From positions 139,147 through 203,146 of the forward strand of contig JAHITT010000006.1 in assembly GCA_018817715.1 (NCBI GenBank): DNA of 64,000 bases, in the 5' to 3' direction. Positions 1-9,243 of this stretch are shown here, one piece after another. Both the position numbers and the translations under genes were made by a program. Every line of letters begins with the position of its first letter. Within the stretch, counting starts at the first letter, position 1. The stretch comes from Patescibacteria group bacterium (GTDB lineage Bacteria; Patescibacteriota; Patescibacteriia; Veblenbacterales; UBA10138). The notes below the pieces were generated by a model that was not told the origin of the DNA, did no database searches, and saw nothing but the letters and a program-made list of their open reading frames with translations.

Positions 1-157
1 CGCCCTCTTCGTTTGAAGTAGGAGGCAAAATTTTCTTACCACCGCTGGTAGTTGGAGTTCCAGCCACATCATTTAATAATTGATTGGCTGTTATAAGATT
101 GTTACTGGCCGCTTCCACCAGTTGTTTTATCAGCGTAATTTTATTTGTGCTCGGCAT
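1..157 (-). CDS. Hypothetical protein, N-terminal fragment (gene continues beyond window start)
   Basis: The minus-strand ATG at 157 opens a frame reading MPSTNKITLIKQLVEAASNNLITANQLLNDVAGTPTTSGG... that runs off the window edge. It is co-oriented with, and directly downstream of, the ATPase at 330-2879. Confidence 0.3.
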   Translation of the reverse strand, partial: MPSTNKITLIKQLVEAASNNLITANQLLNDVAGTPTTSGGKKILPPTSNEEG

Positions 158-329
158 ACTTTTGTTTCCTTTAGCAAACCTTTTTGGTTTAACTTTTTAA
201 GTTTTATTTTAAATAAGAACCTATAGCTAAATTATATAGCTATAACTTAAAGACAGTCAAACAAACAACAGCGGTTCCTGCTACCGCCCTGAACACAAAA
301 ATTATTCAGCTGTTTAAAAGTCTGCTAAC

Positions 330-2879
330 CTAAACAACTTCGGTGCTAGCCTTAACCCGATTAATTATTTCTTGTTCCACTTCCTGCCGCGGCTTACCAT
401 ATTTTTGTCGGGATTCTTCCTTTAAGCGATTAGCTATAGTTAAATCGGCGGGCGGTGGCGCTAAAGTTTTAAAATTAAAAGGCCTAGACGGTATATTGTT
501 TATTAACAACTTAGCGTAAGCATTATAAAGCTCCAAGTTAATTAAATCATAAGTGGTAAAAACCGGAGAAAATTCTTTAGCCAAAAACTCGGAGTCTTCC
601 ACACCCACCCTAAAACTAACAATGGTGCCAACGTTGCCAAAAACAGCATCGCGAATGGAAGTATCGTTATGTTTAACCAATTGGCCAATATATTGGTGCG
701 CGATTATTAAATTAAGGCGATATTTTCTAGCCTCAGATAAAATAGTGGCTATAGAATCAGTTATAAAATTTTGAAACTCGTCTATGTACAAATAAAAATC
801 CGGTCGCTGTTCTTTGGGCACATCGGTTCTAGATAAAGCGGCCATTAAAATTTTGCCCACCATAACCAACCCTAATAAATAAGCATTGGTATCGCCTAAT
901 TTACCTTTACTTAGTTTAACTAAAAGAATTTTTCTTTCATCCATTACTTGCCGTAAATTAAAAGCACTGGTTTGTTGGCCAATAATCGGCCTCATTAAAT
1001 CGTTAGCTACGAATTGTGTAAGTTTAGAAGTAATATAAGGCACCATATTGGCCAAAGCCGCTTCACCGCCGGCTTTTTGCGCTTCTTTTACCCAAAAATC
1101 ATAGACTACAGGGTTTTTTACTTTAGCTAATTTAGCTCGGCGATAATCGGCATCAGCTAACACTCGAGGTATTTCCATTAAAGTGGAACCAGATTCCGGA
1201 TCTTCCATAATAAGCAACATGGCGTTGCGCATGTACTGCTCAAACATCGGACCACCGGTTTGTTTAAGGTCGTAAAGCTTATCCAATATTTTAATCATTT
1301 CGTTAATAACAAAACTTTTTTGTTCCGGATATTTTGGGTCGTATTCCAAAAGATTCAAACCTTGTGGCCGCTCGCTATCAGTCGGGTCAAACAAAATAAC
1401 ATCTTTTAACCGGTGGGCTGGCAAACGGCCTAAAATAGCCTCTACCAAATCGCCATGTGGATCAATAACGCACAAACCTTCACCATTAGCCGCGTCTTGC
1501 ACTGCCATATTTTCAATTAAGACACTTTTGCCTGTACCGGATTTTCCACAAACATAAAAATGTCTGGCCCGATCCTCCCGACTTAATTTAATTTCCGTTT
1601 TTGTTCCCCGATATTCACTGGTGCCTAAAACCACACCATCGGCCAACATATTATTGGGCGGTGGGGCCTTACGCGAAGTTAACCAGCGTATATTGGGTGC
1701 TTCGCTATTAGGTAAAGGAAAATGATAAAGCGAAGTAAGCTCTTCGGTATTTAAAACCATTCTAAATCTGTTATCAAAAACCCGATGTATAAACTTATAA
1801 AGAAAACGATTTAAATTTAATGGCCGACGAGCTTTAAAACTATTACCATATTGATAAAAATTAAATTGGGCAAAAGAATTTACTAAACTATGTAAACCAC
1901 TCTCCGCTGTTTGGCGATTGGGCGCCGCTACCACTAAACGAATTACCACATCCAAACCGGCTTTAGCGGCTTTTTGTTCCAAACCTTTAACCATCTCCTC
2001 TTCCAGAGGTGACAGGCGATAATTTTCCTGACCGGTAACTTTAGCTTTATTTTTCTTTACGGTGCTAAAAAAATCACCCAAACCTTGAATAACCCGTAGT
2101 CCCCAACTTAAACCAGCCGCTTCCACTAAACTTTTACCTTGTTGCATTTGCGAAGCCAGCCACACACCGCGCCGACGCCAACTTTTATGAGCCGACCGAA
2201 CAACCAACTGCACAGCAGCCGCTGAATCAGCTGGTATTTTAGCTAAACCGTTAGTTAATCCGTTTAAAGTATCACTATCAAACTGTTTATAAGTTTTTAT
2301 GGGAAAAGCCGGCGAACGACTAAGCCTAAGGCGTGCTGCCGCAGTTACTCCGCGAGCAGAAAAAATATTATAGTCAGCAACTTCTTCCAAAATAGCATAA
2401 GGATAACTGGATTGAATTTGTTGTTCCAAAAAAATTCTTAATTTTTTAGGCACGGCCACATAAAAAGAAGTTAAACCGCCCTGATAAACCATTTCAAAAG
2501 ATAAATGGTCCCGTCCGCCCATAAACCAACGTTTTAATCTGGATTGTGGCTTTAAACCGCCTAAAGCCGACCACAGAACTTCGGCCACACCCATTTGATC
2601 CTCTATAGTTTCTGGAGTCTGGTTGGTTTTATGGTCCTTATCTGTTGGCGAGCCGATTTCTCTGGGTAACAAGACCAACAATAAAACCATATCTAAACTG
2701 GCTCGTAAGGCACTTAGTCTATTAAATAAAAAACGTAAAAAAAACAACAAAAACACTAAAGCCAAAATAATCCCCACCACTGGCCACAACCAAGAGGTTT
2801 CCTGGCTTAAATCGCTGGCTAAGGCATCGGCTAAATCAGAATTTCCCAAATGATATTGAAATAAAAAACCGACTAGCAT
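330..2879 (-). CDS. Membrane-anchored P-loop ATPase of the FtsK/HerA/TraG-VirD4 (type IV coupling protein-like, DUF87-like) superfamily
   Basis: 849 aa. The N-terminus has hydrophobic TM helices (WLWPVVGIILALVFLLFFLRFLF, LLLVLL). The Walker A is FYVCGKSGTGKSVLIEN, there is a Walker B-like YIDEFQNF, and an RKYRLNLIIAHQYIGQL motif typical of TraG/TrwB/HerA ATPases. The subfamily is not certain. Confidence 0.55.
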   Translation of the reverse strand: MLVGFLFQYHLGNSDLADALASDLSQETSWLWPVVGIILALVFLLFFLRFLFNRLSALRASLDMVLLLVLLPREIGSPTDKDHKTNQTPETIEDQMGVAEVLWSALGGLKPQSRLKRWFMGGRDHLSFEMVYQGGLTSFYVAVPKKLRIFLEQQIQSSYPYAILEEVADYNIFSARGVTAAARLRLSRSPAFPIKTYKQFDSDTLNGLTNGLAKIPADSAAAVQLVVRSAHKSWRRRGVWLASQMQQGKSLVEAAGLSWGLRVIQGLGDFFSTVKKNKAKVTGQENYRLSPLEEEMVKGLEQKAAKAGLDVVIRLVVAAPNRQTAESGLHSLVNSFAQFNFYQYGNSFKARRPLNLNRFLYKFIHRVFDNRFRMVLNTEELTSLYHFPLPNSEAPNIRWLTSRKAPPPNNMLADGVVLGTSEYRGTKTEIKLSREDRARHFYVCGKSGTGKSVLIENMAVQDAANGEGLCVIDPHGDLVEAILGRLPAHRLKDVILFDPTDSERPQGLNLLEYDPKYPEQKSFVINEMIKILDKLYDLKQTGGPMFEQYMRNAMLLIMEDPESGSTLMEIPRVLADADYRRAKLAKVKNPVVYDFWVKEAQKAGGEAALANMVPYITSKLTQFVANDLMRPIIGQQTSAFNLRQVMDERKILLVKLSKGKLGDTNAYLLGLVMVGKILMAALSRTDVPKEQRPDFYLYIDEFQNFITDSIATILSEARKYRLNLIIAHQYIGQLVKHNDTSIRDAVFGNVGTIVSFRVGVEDSEFLAKEFSPVFTTYDLINLELYNAYAKLLINNIPSRPFNFKTLAPPPADLTIANRLKEESRQKYGKPRQEVEQEIINRVKASTEVV

Positions 2880-2882
2880 AAA

Positions 2883-3341
2883 CTAATGCAATTTTAAAAT
2901 TTTATCTGCTTTAATTTTAGCAGTTTGCTCTAAAAAATATTTATTAACGCCCGGTATAACCGACAACCACTGGCGAATTATTTTTATAATCTGACTTAAA
3001 CTTATTTTAACTTTCCGCATAAGTCGGCTTATTTTTTTAGCAGCTATTTCTCCGGCTTTTTTAAATTCCTGTTGTTTATCCGGACTTAAACTTAAATAAA
3101 CATCGGCCAAATCTTCTTCCAAAACATTTTCTACTTTTTTTTCAAAAGATGTTAAATCTGTAGGCTTAACCGAACCTAAACCATCTGCCGGAGTTGGTTT
3201 TAAAACCACGCCACCCACTATTTCAGCCTGGTCTGGTTTTTCGGCTTTTTTAACCAAAGGATCCATTTCCGGTTTAACCGGCTGCTCGGGTAGAGTATCG
3301 GGTCGTAAAATTTTATGCTCTGTCTTTATAATTTCAGGCAT
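2883..3341 (-). CDS. Hypothetical charged protein (no TM), likely co-transcribed with the downstream ATPase
   Basis: 152-aa ORF ending 3 nt before the ATPase start on the same strand. K/E/P-rich with no recognisable motif. Confidence 0.4.
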   Translation of the reverse strand: MPEIIKTEHKILRPDTLPEQPVKPEMDPLVKKAEKPDQAEIVGGVVLKPTPADGLGSVKPTDLTSFEKKVENVLEEDLADVYLSLSPDKQQEFKKAGEIAAKKISRLMRKVKISLSQIIKIIRQWLSVIPGVNKYFLEQTAKIKADKILKLH

Positions 3342-3416
3342 AGATGGTCTAACTATACCACTTTTCTAGCCAACTAACAATAAAAACTGATATACTATCT
3401 TAAGTATTTAAAATAT

Positions 3417-5117
3417 ATGCAAAATTTGTTCACTGACGTTAGCTTTATTGTTATTGGTGCCTCAGTTTTAGGTTTACTGGCCCACTTTATTAAACAACCA
3501 GCTATTTTAGCTTATGTGGCTGTAGGTATTATACTGGGTCCTTTTGGTTTTGAGCTTATTAAAGAGCCTGAATTCATACATACTCTATCTACCTTTGGCA
3601 TTGCCCTATTGCTTTTTATGGTCGGTTTAGAATTGGATTTAAGAAAACTGGGGGAAATTGGCAAAGTATCTTTATTCTTAGGCGTGGGCCAGGTTTTATT
3701 CACAGCGGCCATTGGCTTTTTTTTAGCCACCTTATTCGGCAACGGCCTTATTCCTTCAGCCTACATAGCAGTAGCTTTAACTTTTTCCAGCACCATAATA
3801 ATCGTTAAATTGTTATCGGAAAAAAAAGCGGTTGATTCTTTATACGGCCGTATAGCCATTGGTATGCTTTTGGTACAAGATGTTATGGCTATTATTGCTT
3901 TAATTATTTTGTCTGGCTTTAACAACGGCCAAGGGCCTTCTTTGGTAAATTTTATATTCATCGCTGGTAAGGGCCTAGCTTTGTTAGCTGTTGTTATGTT
4001 AGCCTATCGTTTTTTGGTAGAAAAATTATTCCGGTGGCTAGCGGGTTCGGGTGAGTTGTTACTGTTGTCGGGCATTGCCTGGTGTTTTGCCCTGGCTATC
4101 TTATCCGTTTGGTTGGGTTTTTCTGTGGAAATAGGCGCTTTTATTGCTGGCCTATCTTTAGCCTCCTTACCCTACCATTTAGAAATGGTCGGCCGGGTAC
4201 GCCCCTTGCGCGATTTTTTTATTACCATATTCTTTGTTGGTCTGGGCAGTCAATTAGTATTTAGCGCCGCCTCTTCGTTATGGCTTCCTATAATCGCCTT
4301 GTCTTTATTTGTACTCATAGGCAACCCCATTATTGTTATGGTTATTATGGGTTTAATGGGTTATCGCAAAAGAACCGCCTTTTTAGTTGGTTTAACAGTT
4401 GCCCAAATTAGTGAATTCTCTTTAATCTTAATGAGTCTGGGTGAAAAATTGGGCCATTTATCCATTGAACAAGTTTCTTTAGTAACCATTATTGGAGTAA
4501 TAACCATTACTCTGTCCTCTTATTTTATTACCTATGACGAAAAACTGTACCGCTTCTTAAAACCTATTTTGCGAATATTTGAAAAAAACAAAACTAACGA
4601 ACCTGTTGATTTATCAACCGGGCCTTTAACCAACCATACTGTGGTGTTTGGTTATCATCGTTTAGGCGAAAAAATCGTAGCCACCCTTAAAAAACTTAAC
4701 CAGGAAATTTTGGTTATAGATTTTGATCCTGAAGTTATAAAAAAAACAGCTCCTGAAAAAGTTAGTTTTATTTATGGCGATATGGCCGACTTGGATATTT
4801 TGGAAAAAGCCCGCATTGACCAGGCTAAAATGATAATTTCTACAGTACCCGATGTCAACGACAACCTGCTACTTATTAAAGATATGAAAAAACAGCAAGC
4901 TACAGCCCCGGTGTATTTAACAGCTAATAACTGGCCCGACACCAAAACTTTATACGAAGCAGGCGCCGATTATGTTATCTTTCCTCATCATTTATCCGGT
5001 GAACACTTTAGTTTAATGCTACAAAATCAACTGGTAAATAAAAATCGTTTTTTGGTAGATAAAACTAAACACTTAAAAGAACTGGAAATACATTACTCTG
5101 CCAGACAAAGAAACTAG
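3417..5117 (+). CDS. CPA2-family cation:proton antiporter with C-terminal RCK/TrkA-N domain (KefB/KefC-like)
   Basis: 566 aa. About 12 TM helices are followed by a Rossmann-like soluble domain (VVFGYHRLGEKIVATL...IYGDMADLDILEKARIDQAKMIIST). This architecture is typical of Kef-type K+/H+ or Na+/H+ exchangers. Confidence 0.8.
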   Translation: MQNLFTDVSFIVIGASVLGLLAHFIKQPAILAYVAVGIILGPFGFELIKEPEFIHTLSTFGIALLLFMVGLELDLRKLGEIGKVSLFLGVGQVLFTAAIGFFLATLFGNGLIPSAYIAVALTFSSTIIIVKLLSEKKAVDSLYGRIAIGMLLVQDVMAIIALIILSGFNNGQGPSLVNFIFIAGKGLALLAVVMLAYRFLVEKLFRWLAGSGELLLLSGIAWCFALAILSVWLGFSVEIGAFIAGLSLASLPYHLEMVGRVRPLRDFFITIFFVGLGSQLVFSAASSLWLPIIALSLFVLIGNPIIVMVIMGLMGYRKRTAFLVGLTVAQISEFSLILMSLGEKLGHLSIEQVSLVTIIGVITITLSSYFITYDEKLYRFLKPILRIFEKNKTNEPVDLSTGPLTNHTVVFGYHRLGEKIVATLKKLNQEILVIDFDPEVIKKTAPEKVSFIYGDMADLDILEKARIDQAKMIISTVPDVNDNLLLIKDMKKQQATAPVYLTANNWPDTKTLYEAGADYVIFPHHLSGEHFSLMLQNQLVNKNRFLVDKTKHLKELEIHYSARQRN

Positions 5118-5202
5118 AATTAATCTATTTTTTGTTGTTGCGAGAATAACGACTTGTCCGCTGTAGCTTTTAGTCCTTCCGAAATTTTAATAAAATAAAT
5201 AC

Positions 5203-5230
5203 CGGACAATTCCATTACAGAATCGTCCGG
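5203..5230. terminator. Bidirectional intrinsic terminator hairpin between convergent genes
   Basis: ccggac-N16-gtccgg stem, followed by ttttggtttt on the plus strand. It sits between the antiporter stop (5117) and the stop of the minus-strand gene (5242). Confidence 0.5.
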
Positions 5231-5241
5231 TTTTGGTTTTA

Positions 5242-5679
5242 TTATTGAAATAATTTTAAAGCTAGGCCGCCGAAATAGATTAAGCCAAATAGCATAGTTA
5301 AACCGAATAATTTCGGGTGACGTTTTTTTAGATCCAGCCTGTGCTCGTCAGTATTATCACTATAAACCATTAGGCTTAATAAAAAGCCTATTAAGCAAAC
5401 AACCGCCACTAAAATATTCAATCCGACCCCAAAATTAATGCTATGTTGAATCGATGTTATTAAACCAATGGTAAAAGAAATAAAAGCCGCCACTAAATAA
5501 TTAATACCATTGGCTAACTTTTTTTCTTCATCTTTCATAACACCGGTTATGGCCGCAATTATACCAATCAGACAGAAACTGGTATGAGCAGCCACTTCCA
5601 CTGAACGAGCTAAGTAATACAAGAAAATAACAAGTATTACAACGAATATTAAATGAATTTTTTTCATTTTAGACTCCAA
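5242..5679 (-). CDS. Hypothetical small membrane protein (about 4 TM)
   Basis: 145-aa hydrophobic ORF that overlaps the upstream ORF by 11 nt. Confidence 0.4.
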   Translation of the reverse strand: MESKMKKIHLIFVVILVIFLYYLARSVEVAAHTSFCLIGIIAAITGVMKDEEKKLANGINYLVAAFISFTIGLITSIQHSINFGVGLNILVAVVCLIGFLLSLMVYSDNTDEHRLDLKKRHPKLFGLTMLFGLIYFGGLALKLFQ

Positions 5680-6172
5680 ATTGATGATAAAAAATTACTA
5701 TTATAAATAAGATTAAATTACTAATAACCAATTTAATATTTTTTTCTGAATAATACAGTACAAATAATCTTGTCCCTATCAAAATTACTGAAAAGGATAA
5801 CAAAATTATAACTTTTAATTCACCTACCCCCGAGCTGTAAATAGCTACCTGAATCAAGCAAACCAAGCGGGCCAAAAGCGTAGTCAGTAAAAACTGGCTA
5901 AACATTTCGCCTAAACTACCATTTACCTCGGGTGCGTCTAATTTTTTTATTTTATCAGCATACCACAGCAACATATGTGGCACTAACAAAAAAACAAAAA
6001 AATCCAGCATCAATAACAATAAAAAAATCAATAACTCGTAACTGAAAATAAAACTCACCAATACTTGAGACAAAACAACATACAGTAAACAGACCGCCGG
6101 CACCAGCAACCTTTTATCTATTATTTTTTTAAATAACATTTTTACCTCTCCAATTGTTTTTATTAAACACAT
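5669..6172 (-). CDS. Hypothetical membrane protein (about 5 TM)
   Basis: 167-aa hydrophobic ORF. The real start is probably the internal MLFKKII. It is divergent from cysS. Confidence 0.4.
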   Translation of the reverse strand: MCLIKTIGEVKMLFKKIIDKRLLVPAVCLLYVVLSQVLVSFIFSYELLIFLLLLMLDFFVFLLVPHMLLWYADKIKKLDAPEVNGSLGEMFSQFLLTTLLARLVCLIQVAIYSSGVGELKVIILLSFSVILIGTRLFVLYYSEKNIKLVISNLILFIIVIFYHQFGV

Positions 6173-6192
6173 CTAAATACATCTAGACCGAT

Positions 6193-6221
6193 TTGTCAAC
6201 TTAAGCGTAAAAAAGTAGAAT
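6193..6221 (+). promoter_or_regulatory. Sigma70-like promoter TTGTCA-N17-TAGAAT ending 6 nt before the cysS ATG (leaderless-type)
   Basis: The sequence is atTTGTCAacttaagcgtaaaaaagTAGAATtaaactATG. Confidence 0.4.
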
Positions 6222-6227
6222 TAAACT

Positions 6228-7604
6228 ATGTCTTTATATCTCTACAATACTTTAACCCGAAAAAAAACAGAATTTAAACCACTTACTAAAGGTAAGGTGG
6301 GTTTATATACTTGCGGACCGACAGTTTATGCACCAGCTCATATTGGTAATCTGCGTACTTATATTTTTGAAGATGTTCTAAAAAGAACTCTGTTATTTAA
6401 CGACTTCAAGGTAAAACACGTTATGAACATAACCGATGTTGGCCACCTAACTAGCGATGCCGACGATGGCGAAGACAAAATGGAAAAAGGCTCGCGCACC
6501 TCTGGCCAAACTGTCTGGCAATTAGCCGAACAATACACTAATCTTTTTAAACAAAATCTTAAAGACCTAAATATTTTAGAACCAACTATTTGGTGCCAGG
6601 CTACCGACCACATAAAAGAACAAATCCAGTTGATAAAACAATTAGAAGATAAAGGTTTTACTTATAAAACATCAGACGGCTTGTATTATGATACTAGTAA
6701 ATTTTCTCATTATCACGAATTAGCTCGTCTTAATTTATCTGGCCAAAAACAAGGCACCCGCCTAGTTATTAATAAAGAAAAAAAGAACCCGACTGATTTT
6801 GCCTTGTGGAAATTTTCATCCCAAAAACAACAAAGACAAATGGAGTGGCCCAGCCCTTGGGGAGTTGGGTTTCCGGGTTGGCATATTGAATGCTCGGCTA
6901 TGAGTATGAAGTATCTGGGTAAAACTTTTGATATCCACTGTGGTGGCATAGACCACATACCAGTCCACCACACTAATGAAATTGCCCAATCCCAAGCCGC
7001 GACTAATAAACCGCCGGCTAATTGGTGGCTGCATGGTGAATTTTTGGTAATTAATGAACAGCGTATGGGTAAATCTGAAGGCAACCTATTAACATTGACT
7101 ACTTTAATTGAACGGAATATTTCTCCCCTAGCTTATCGCTATTTTACTTATTCGGCTCATTATCGCAGTCAACTTAATTTATCGTTTACCGCCTTAGAAT
7201 CGGCTCAAAAAACCTTAAACAATCTACAAGCTAAAGTAGCTATGCTAAAAGGTAAACCGGCTGTCGGCTGTGCCGAGTTTGAAAAAAAATTCCAAGAGGC
7301 TGTAAATGATGATCTAAACATGCCCCAAGCACTGGCTATAGTTTGGCAAATGCTTAAAAGCGATTTACCGGATAAAGCCAAAAGAAAATCCATTAATTTG
7401 TTTGATACCATACTAGGTTTGGGCTTAAAAGACATAGAAACTATTAGCATTCCCAAACAAATAGACAAATTAATAGCTGAAAGAGAAACCGCTCGCCAAC
7501 AAAAAAATTGGCCTAGGGCCGATGATCTAAGAGAAGTTATAAAAAACCAAGGTTTTTACTTAGAAGATACCGAAGCTGGCCCCGTAGTTAAATTAAATAA
7601 ATAA
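6228..7604 (+). CDS. cysS: Cysteine--tRNA ligase
   Basis: 458 aa. Class I HIGH motif ([17 protein letters not shown]), KMSKS-type motif (RMGKSEGN), and zinc-binding Cys/His residues. Overall CysS-like. Confidence 0.9.
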   Translation: MSLYLYNTLTRKKTEFKPLTKGKVGLYTCGPTVYAPAHIGNLRTYIFEDVLKRTLLFNDFKVKHVMNITDVGHLTSDADDGEDKMEKGSRTSGQTVWQLAEQYTNLFKQNLKDLNILEPTIWCQATDHIKEQIQLIKQLEDKGFTYKTSDGLYYDTSKFSHYHELARLNLSGQKQGTRLVINKEKKNPTDFALWKFSSQKQQRQMEWPSPWGVGFPGWHIECSAMSMKYLGKTFDIHCGGIDHIPVHHTNEIAQSQAATNKPPANWWLHGEFLVINEQRMGKSEGNLLTLTTLIERNISPLAYRYFTYSAHYRSQLNLSFTALESAQKTLNNLQAKVAMLKGKPAVGCAEFEKKFQEAVNDDLNMPQALAIVWQMLKSDLPDKAKRKSINLFDTILGLGLKDIETISIPKQIDKLIAERETARQQKNWPRADDLREVIKNQGFYLEDTEAGPVVKLNK

Positions 7605-7640
7605 AGAGCGGTTTTGTCTTATTTTTTAAGACCCGCTCTT
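7604..7640 (+). terminator. cysS intrinsic terminator
   Basis: aagagcgg...ccgctctt stem with a nested gtctta/taagac stem, followed by a T-rich tract. Confidence 0.55.
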
Positions 7641-7646
7641 TAATAT

Positions 7647-7760
7647 TTATTTGTTTTTGATTTTTTGGTCCATTTTATGAGACCAAGATAATAAGGCAAA
7701 AGGACCCACCAGACAAATAATAACCCAAGTAATATAAGACAATATTATAAATATAATCAT
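7647..7760 (-). CDS. Candidate 37-aa hydrophobic micro-protein (single TM), absent from the ORF track
   Basis: The minus-strand ORF reads MIIFIILSYITWVIICLVGPFALLSWSHKMDQKIKNK. A Shine-Dalgarno AAGGAA lies 7 nt upstream of the ATG. Confidence 0.25.
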   Translation of the reverse strand: MIIFIILSYITWVIICLVGPFALLSWSHKMDQKIKNK

Positions 7761-7796
7761 TTTATTTCCTTTTTGTTTTTGTTTTTAAAAAATTTT

Positions 7797-7872
7797 AGGA
7801 GAGTGCTTTTATGTTAGATTTTTGGTTGGCAAGTGGGTAAGGTGCGTCCCCAATAGAGTTTAGCACTCTCCT
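7797..7872 (+). other. Imperfect long stem-loop (11-bp inverted repeat aggagagtgct / agcactctcct enclosing 54 nt) upstream of dus
   Basis: The arms are seen directly in the sequence. The right arm, tttagcactctcc, resembles a CIRCE half-site. Function unknown. Confidence 0.3.
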
Positions 7873-7970
7873 TTGTTTCCTCCTTCTTTTTGTTGGAGAA
7901 AGTTATAACACAATATATTTTTATTATTCATTTGTCAACCAGTCGACTTTATAGTTAGAATATAGGCCAT

Positions 7971-8990
7971 ATGGTAAATTTTTGGCAAAACCTGCCTAAA
8001 CCCTTTTTGGCTCTAGCGCCCATGGCCGGCGTAACCGACACGGCTTTTAGACAAATGTGTAAATTATACGGCGCTGATGTTATATATACCGAATTTGCCT
8101 CGGCCGATGCTTTAATTTACGAAAATAAAAAAACCAAGGAATTTTTATCGTTTACTGATTCGGAGCGACCAGTGGTTTGCCAAATTTTTGGCCGAGAACC
8201 TAACAAATTTTATAAAGCCGCCGCTATTTTAGAACAAATGGGCTTTGATGGTTTAGATATAAATTTCGGCTGTCCGGCCTATAAGGTAGTAAAAAACGGC
8301 GGCGGTGTTAGCCTGATGCGCAATTTAAAGCTTTACCAAGAAATTGTTCAAGCAACTTGTGAAGGCTCTAACTTACCAGTTTCTATAAAAATAAGAGCTA
8401 GTATAAAAAAAGGGCAAGACACTAAAGATAAAATAACCGCCGGCGGACAAGGAAACGACAGTGATTCTACAGCCTGCTTAAACAATTCCATAACAGCCGT
8501 AGATTTAGTTTCCCAAATTAAACACCTACCCGTTAGCGCCATAATGCTCCATGCCCGGTCTTTTGAACAACCTTTTGACGGACAACCCAAACTGGAAATT
8601 TTAGAGCAAGTTCGGCAAATTTGGCCGGGTTTATTAATTGCCAATGGCGGCCTAATAACACCAGAAATCGCCATAGAAACACTTAAACAAACTAAAGTAG
8701 ACGGCTTAGGAATAGCCCGAGGCGCTTGGGGTAAACCTTGGCTGTTCAAACAAATTAAAGATTATCTGGCAACTAATACCTACCATACCCCTCTGTGGCC
8801 AGAAATTAAACAAATTATGCTCCAACATGCTAAATTGGCCTTACAAACTAAAGGAGAGCACGGCTTAATTGAACTTAGAAAACATTTAAGCTGGTATGTT
8901 AAAGGCTTTACCAACGCCTCAGACATCCGCTCTCAATTAGTACAAATTAAAACCTTAGACGATGTTAAAAAAATTTTAAAGGCTAGTTAA
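7971..8990 (+). CDS. dus: tRNA-dihydrouridine synthase
   Basis: 339 aa. The Dus-family TIM-barrel N-terminus LAPMAGVTDTAFRQMCKLYGADVIYTEF and FGCPAYKVVKNGGGVSLMR are present. A low-complexity insertion sits in the middle. Confidence 0.85.
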   Translation: MVNFWQNLPKPFLALAPMAGVTDTAFRQMCKLYGADVIYTEFASADALIYENKKTKEFLSFTDSERPVVCQIFGREPNKFYKAAAILEQMGFDGLDINFGCPAYKVVKNGGGVSLMRNLKLYQEIVQATCEGSNLPVSIKIRASIKKGQDTKDKITAGGQGNDSDSTACLNNSITAVDLVSQIKHLPVSAIMLHARSFEQPFDGQPKLEILEQVRQIWPGLLIANGGLITPEIAIETLKQTKVDGLGIARGAWGKPWLFKQIKDYLATNTYHTPLWPEIKQIMLQHAKLALQTKGEHGLIELRKHLSWYVKGFTNASDIRSQLVQIKTLDDVKKILKAS

Positions 8991-9048
8991 TTTTAATATG
9001 AGTCTTTAATTTTTAAAACAATCTATTTTTACTCCCTTCTCTTTCTTT

Positions 9049-9086
9049 TGCGGGGAAAAGTGTCCACGTGGACACTTTTCCCCGCA
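9049..9086. repeat. Perfect 38-nt palindrome (19-bp arms, no spacer) followed by a T-run; probable dus terminator, but unusually long and perfect
   Basis: The sequence is tgcggggaaaagtgtccac|gtggacacttttccccgca, followed by ggtatttttttgtt. Confidence 0.5.
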
Positions 9087-9143
9087 GGTATTTTTTTGTT
9101 AACTAAAAATATAACAACTAAAAGTTTACTACCTATTTTAATC

Positions 9144-9185
9144 AACAATAGTGAAATTCCGCGACCGCGGAATTTCACTATTGTT
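9144..9185. repeat. Perfect 42-nt palindrome (20-bp arms, 2-nt centre) with no adjacent U-run on either strand
   Basis: The sequence is aacaatagtgaaattccgcg-ac-cgcggaatttcactattgtt. Confidence 0.5.
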
Positions 9186-9195
9186 ACAAAAATAA

Positions 9196-9233
9196 AAGCG
9201 TTCTTCTGTTTAATTATTCACAGAAAAACGCTT
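9196..9233 (-). terminator. Minus-strand intrinsic terminator of the 4-gene cassette
   Basis: Stem aagcgttcttctg / cagaaaaacgctt with one mismatch. On the minus strand it is followed by UUAUUUUUGU. Confidence 0.4.
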
Positions 9234-9243
9234 GGTTTAAAAT

